DNA from: an uncultured Xanthomonas sp.
Lineage (GTDB): Bacteria > Pseudomonadota > Gammaproteobacteria > Xanthomonadales > SZUA-5
Reading direction: 5' to 3'
Assembly: GCA_964561825.1 (NCBI GenBank)
Contig: CAZLSB010000004.1
Location: forward strand, 1-44,200
Length of the DNA: 44,200 bases
The notes below the pieces were generated by a model. The model saw only the letters and a list, made by a program, of their open reading frames with translations, searched no databases and had not been told where the DNA came from. Below, in pieces: positions 41,273 to 44,200 of the stretch. A program made the position numbers and the translations under genes. Position 1 is the first letter of the stretch. Every line of letters starts with the position of its first letter.

Positions 41273-43029
41273 ACCCCGTGGTGGGCTCCGAGGGCCTGTA
41301 CGCGCGCCTGTTGCCGTACGCCAAACCGCATTGGCTGGTGGCCTTGGGTGCGCTGTGCGGGATGATTTTGGAAGCCAGCGTGGCGGCGGGTTTTACCGCG
41401 CTGATGCAGCCCTTGTTGGACGACGCCTTGGGCGCGCGTTCGGCCAGTGTGATTGCCTGGTTGCCGTTGGCGATCATCGCTTTGTTTCTGGCGCGTGGTT
41501 TGGGTGTTTTTGTCGGCGATTACGGCATGGCGTGGATCAGTCGACGCATCATTGCTGATTTGCGCGCGCAGGTGTTTGACCGCTATTTGGTATTGCCATC
41601 GCGTTTTTTTGCCGAACATGCCAGCGGCGACGTGCTGTCTCGCTTGAGTTTTCAAGTGGAGCAGATTGGTCAGGCCTGCACCGAAGGCCTGAAAATCTGG
41701 GTTCTGGACAGTCTGATCATCATTGGTTTGCTCTGCGTGATGAGCTATTACAGTCCACAACTGACGCTGTCGGTTCTATTAGCCGGGCCGGCGATTGCGC
41801 TGGTCGTGCGGCTGGTATCCAAGCGCTATCGCGCGATTAGCCGACGGATTCAAACCTCGGTCGCCGACGTGACCCAAATCGGTCAAGACGTCATATTGGG
41901 CGAGCGCGAAATCAAGATTTACGGCGGCAAACAAGACGAAGCCGAGCGCTTCAGCACGGTTAACGAACACAATCGCCGCCAACATTTGAAAGTGGCGGCA
42001 ACCAATGCGCTCAGTTCAGCGCTGGTGCAAATTTTGGCGGCCAGCAGTTTGGCGCTAGTGGTGTATATGGCGACGCGGCCCGGCGAATTAGAGCGCTTAA
42101 CGCCCGGCGCATTTATGGCGTTCATGACGGCCATGTTGGCGATTTTGCCGTCATTAAAACGATTGACCAGCGCCCAGGCTATCGTTCAGCGCGGTTTGGC
42201 CGCCGCCGAATCGGTCTTTGCGATTCTCGATGAACCAAGCGAGCCCGACCAAGGACTATTGGCGCCCGAGCGGGTGCGCGGTGAAGTGCAATTTAGCGGC
42301 GTGTACCTGCGTTATCCAGGGCGCGACGATTACGCGTTACGCGGCATCGATCTGCATATCCAAGCGGGCGAGACCGTGGCACTGGTGGGTCGCTCGGGCA
42401 GCGGCAAGAGTTCCTTAGTCGCGCTGTTGGCGCGTTTTCTGGCGCCCGATCAAGGCAGTGTGTGTATCGATGGCGTGCCGCTTGATCAATATCAGCTGAC
42501 CGCGCTGCGCCAGCAACTGGCGCTGGTCAGCCAGCAAATCGTGTTATTCAACGACAGCGTGGCGCGCAATATTGCCTATGGCAGTTTGCGTCGTAGCAGC
42601 CGCGCGGCGATCGAAAGCGCGGCGCGCGCGGCGCATGCCTGGGAGTTCATCGAAGCGCTGCCGCAGGGTTTGGATAGCGTTATTGGCGAACGCGGTGCCG
42701 CGCTATCCGGTGGCCAGCGGCAACGTCTGGCGATTGCCCGCGCGCTATTAAAGGACGCGCCGATCCTGATTTTGGACGAGGCTACCTCGGCTTTGGATAA
42801 CGCGTCGGAACGCGCCGTGCAGCAGGCACTGCGCGCGGCGATGAGCGGCCGTACAACGATTGTTATCGCGCACCGATTGTCCACGGTTGAACAAGCCGAT
42901 CGCATCGTCGTCTTGGATGAGGGCCGGATTGTCGAGCAGGGCAGCCATCAGGCGCTGCTGGCGCGTGCGGGCATGTATGCGCAGCTGTATCGCTCGCGCG
43001 AGGACGGTGCCGATGCTGATTTCCCGTGA
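41269..43029 (+). CDS. msbA: Lipid A export ATP-binding/permease MsbA
   Basis: Fused TMD-NBD with GRSGSGKS, LSGGQRQR and LDEATSALD. Upstream of lpxK. Confidence 0.93.
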   Translation: MNPVVGSEGLYARLLPYAKPHWLVALGALCGMILEASVAAGFTALMQPLLDDALGARSASVIAWLPLAIIALFLARGLGVFVGDYGMAWISRRIIADLRAQVFDRYLVLPSRFFAEHASGDVLSRLSFQVEQIGQACTEGLKIWVLDSLIIIGLLCVMSYYSPQLTLSVLLAGPAIALVVRLVSKRYRAISRRIQTSVADVTQIGQDVILGEREIKIYGGKQDEAERFSTVNEHNRRQHLKVAATNALSSALVQILAASSLALVVYMATRPGELERLTPGAFMAFMTAMLAILPSLKRLTSAQAIVQRGLAAAESVFAILDEPSEPDQGLLAPERVRGEVQFSGVYLRYPGRDDYALRGIDLHIQAGETVALVGRSGSGKSSLVALLARFLAPDQGSVCIDGVPLDQYQLTALRQQLALVSQQIVLFNDSVARNIAYGSLRRSSRAAIESAARAAHAWEFIEALPQGLDSVIGERGAALSGGQRQRLAIARALLKDAPILILDEATSALDNASERAVQQALRAAMSGRTTIVIAHRLSTVEQADRIVVLDEGRIVEQGSHQALLARAGMYAQLYRSREDGADADFP

Positions 43030-43993
43030 GCAACTGCAGGCCATCTGGTACCGCGGCGCGCGTTGTCCCTGGTGGTTGCAGCTAGGCGCTCATTTGTACG
43101 CGAGCTTGCGGCTGCTGGTGCAATTGCCGTATCGATGGCGCTTGCGGCGCGCGCCTGATCTTGGCGTTGCGGTAGTCGTGGTGGGTAATCTGACCGTAGG
43201 TGGCACCGGGAAAACGCCGCTGACCATCGCACTCGTCGAACAATTGCGTGCGCAAGGTTTCACGGTCGGCGTCATCAGCCGCGGTTATGGACGGCGTACC
43301 CAAGGCGTACGCTTAGTCGACAGTTTGAGCACTGCCGCGCAAGTGGGCGACGAACCCTTGCTGATCGCCCGACGCACTGGCGCACCGGTAGCGGTGGGTG
43401 AGGACCGCGTTGCCGCGGCGCGCCGTTTGTTAGGTGTGGTGCAGCTCGACCTGCTGATCTCCGACGATGGCCTGGAGCATCTGGCGCTGGCGCGCTGCTG
43501 CGAGATCGTCGTGGTGGATGGTTTGCGCGGCTTTGGCAATCAAAAAATGCTGCCCGCAGGACCACTGCGCGCGCCGCTGAGCCGCTTAAGTCGGGTCGAT
43601 TTGATTGTGCGCAATGGCGGCTCGCCGGTGCCAGGCGAATGGCCGATGACGATGCGGGTCAGCGGTTTACGCAGCTTGGCGGGGGTTCAGCAGCAGCTCT
43701 CGGCGTGGCAGGGTCGAAAAGCGCATGTGGTTGCCGGCACCGGTAATCCAGATCGTGTGTTCGCCAGCGTGCGCGCGCTCGGCATCGACGTTATCGAACA
43801 CCCACAAGCCGATCATGTCGATTACGCCGCGATCGGCATCCCACAATTCAGCGATGGCTTGCCGTGCATTACCACCGAAAAAGACGCCACCAAGCTGCCG
43901 CCGCTGGACAACTGGTATGTGCTCGAAGTGAGCGCGCAATTGCCTGCGGCAATCGTTGAGACGGTGATCAGCAGGATGCTGGCGCGGCGCTGA
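43013..43993 (+). CDS. lpxK: Tetraacyldisaccharide 4'-kinase
   Basis: Motifs VGNLTVGGTGKTP, SRGYG, GDEP, DDG, LPAGPLR and TTEKDATK. Confidence 0.94.
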   Translation: MLISREQLQAIWYRGARCPWWLQLGAHLYASLRLLVQLPYRWRLRRAPDLGVAVVVVGNLTVGGTGKTPLTIALVEQLRAQGFTVGVISRGYGRRTQGVRLVDSLSTAAQVGDEPLLIARRTGAPVAVGEDRVAAARRLLGVVQLDLLISDDGLEHLALARCCEIVVVDGLRGFGNQKMLPAGPLRAPLSRLSRVDLIVRNGGSPVPGEWPMTMRVSGLRSLAGVQQQLSAWQGRKAHVVAGTGNPDRVFASVRALGIDVIEHPQADHVDYAAIGIPQFSDGLPCITTEKDATKLPPLDNWYVLEVSAQLPAAIVETVISRMLARR

Positions 43994-44032
43994 TAGGTGG
44001 TTTTTGGTTGGTGGGTGGAGAAACGCGGTTTC

Positions 44033-44058
44033 GTGGGTGCGAACTTGTCCGAACACCC
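44033..44058 (+). repeat. Degenerate REP-like palindrome
   Basis: GTGGGTGCGAACTTGTCCGAACACCC, an imperfect hairpin preceded by GTGG. Confidence 0.35.
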
Positions 44059-44200
44059 CCCATCACTTCAGGCTGCTGAGTGATGCGATCAATTTGACCC
44101 ATGGTCCGTGCCTTTTCAACACGATGGTCCACAGTCTACTGCCGTTCTCTCACCAAAAATACCGCAAGCAAATGATTTTAATGCATTTTTTTCAGCGTTG

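Noticed and set aside
37723-43993. comEC-exbB-exbD-msbA-lpxK as a novel DNA-uptake system
   Set aside because: This gene order is well known and conserved in many Beta- and Gammaproteobacteria.

Overview
Mostly core-genome DNA from a GC-rich Gammaproteobacterium. The gene order ygfZ / DUF1674-sdhCDAB-sdhE-lolE-lolD-comEC-exbBD-msbA-lpxK, plus GT9 / kdkA-MBL and purM-purN-DUF3108, suggests Xanthomonadales (Lysobacterales). The window holds 36 intact CDSs covering leucine catabolism, LPS, queA-tgt, purMN, smc, two c-type cytochromes, an MFP plus two RND pumps, SDH, Lol, ComEC and lipid A export. There is no rRNA, tRNA, CRISPR array or transposase. The unexplained signal is intergenic. At least four families of non-autonomous inverted-repeat elements (MITE-like, here called A-D) occur as full, collapsed and nested copies, alongside several REP-like palindromes. 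Several elements sit exactly on start or stop codons, and families with different terminal repeats share one internal CTGCGTTGC-hairpin-CGCCTTGC cassette. The first 455 bp hide a triple-frameshifted nucleotidyltransferase pseudogene (AbiEii/DUF1814-like) that runs into a family A element. All family and product calls come from motif recognition by eye; no database searches were run.
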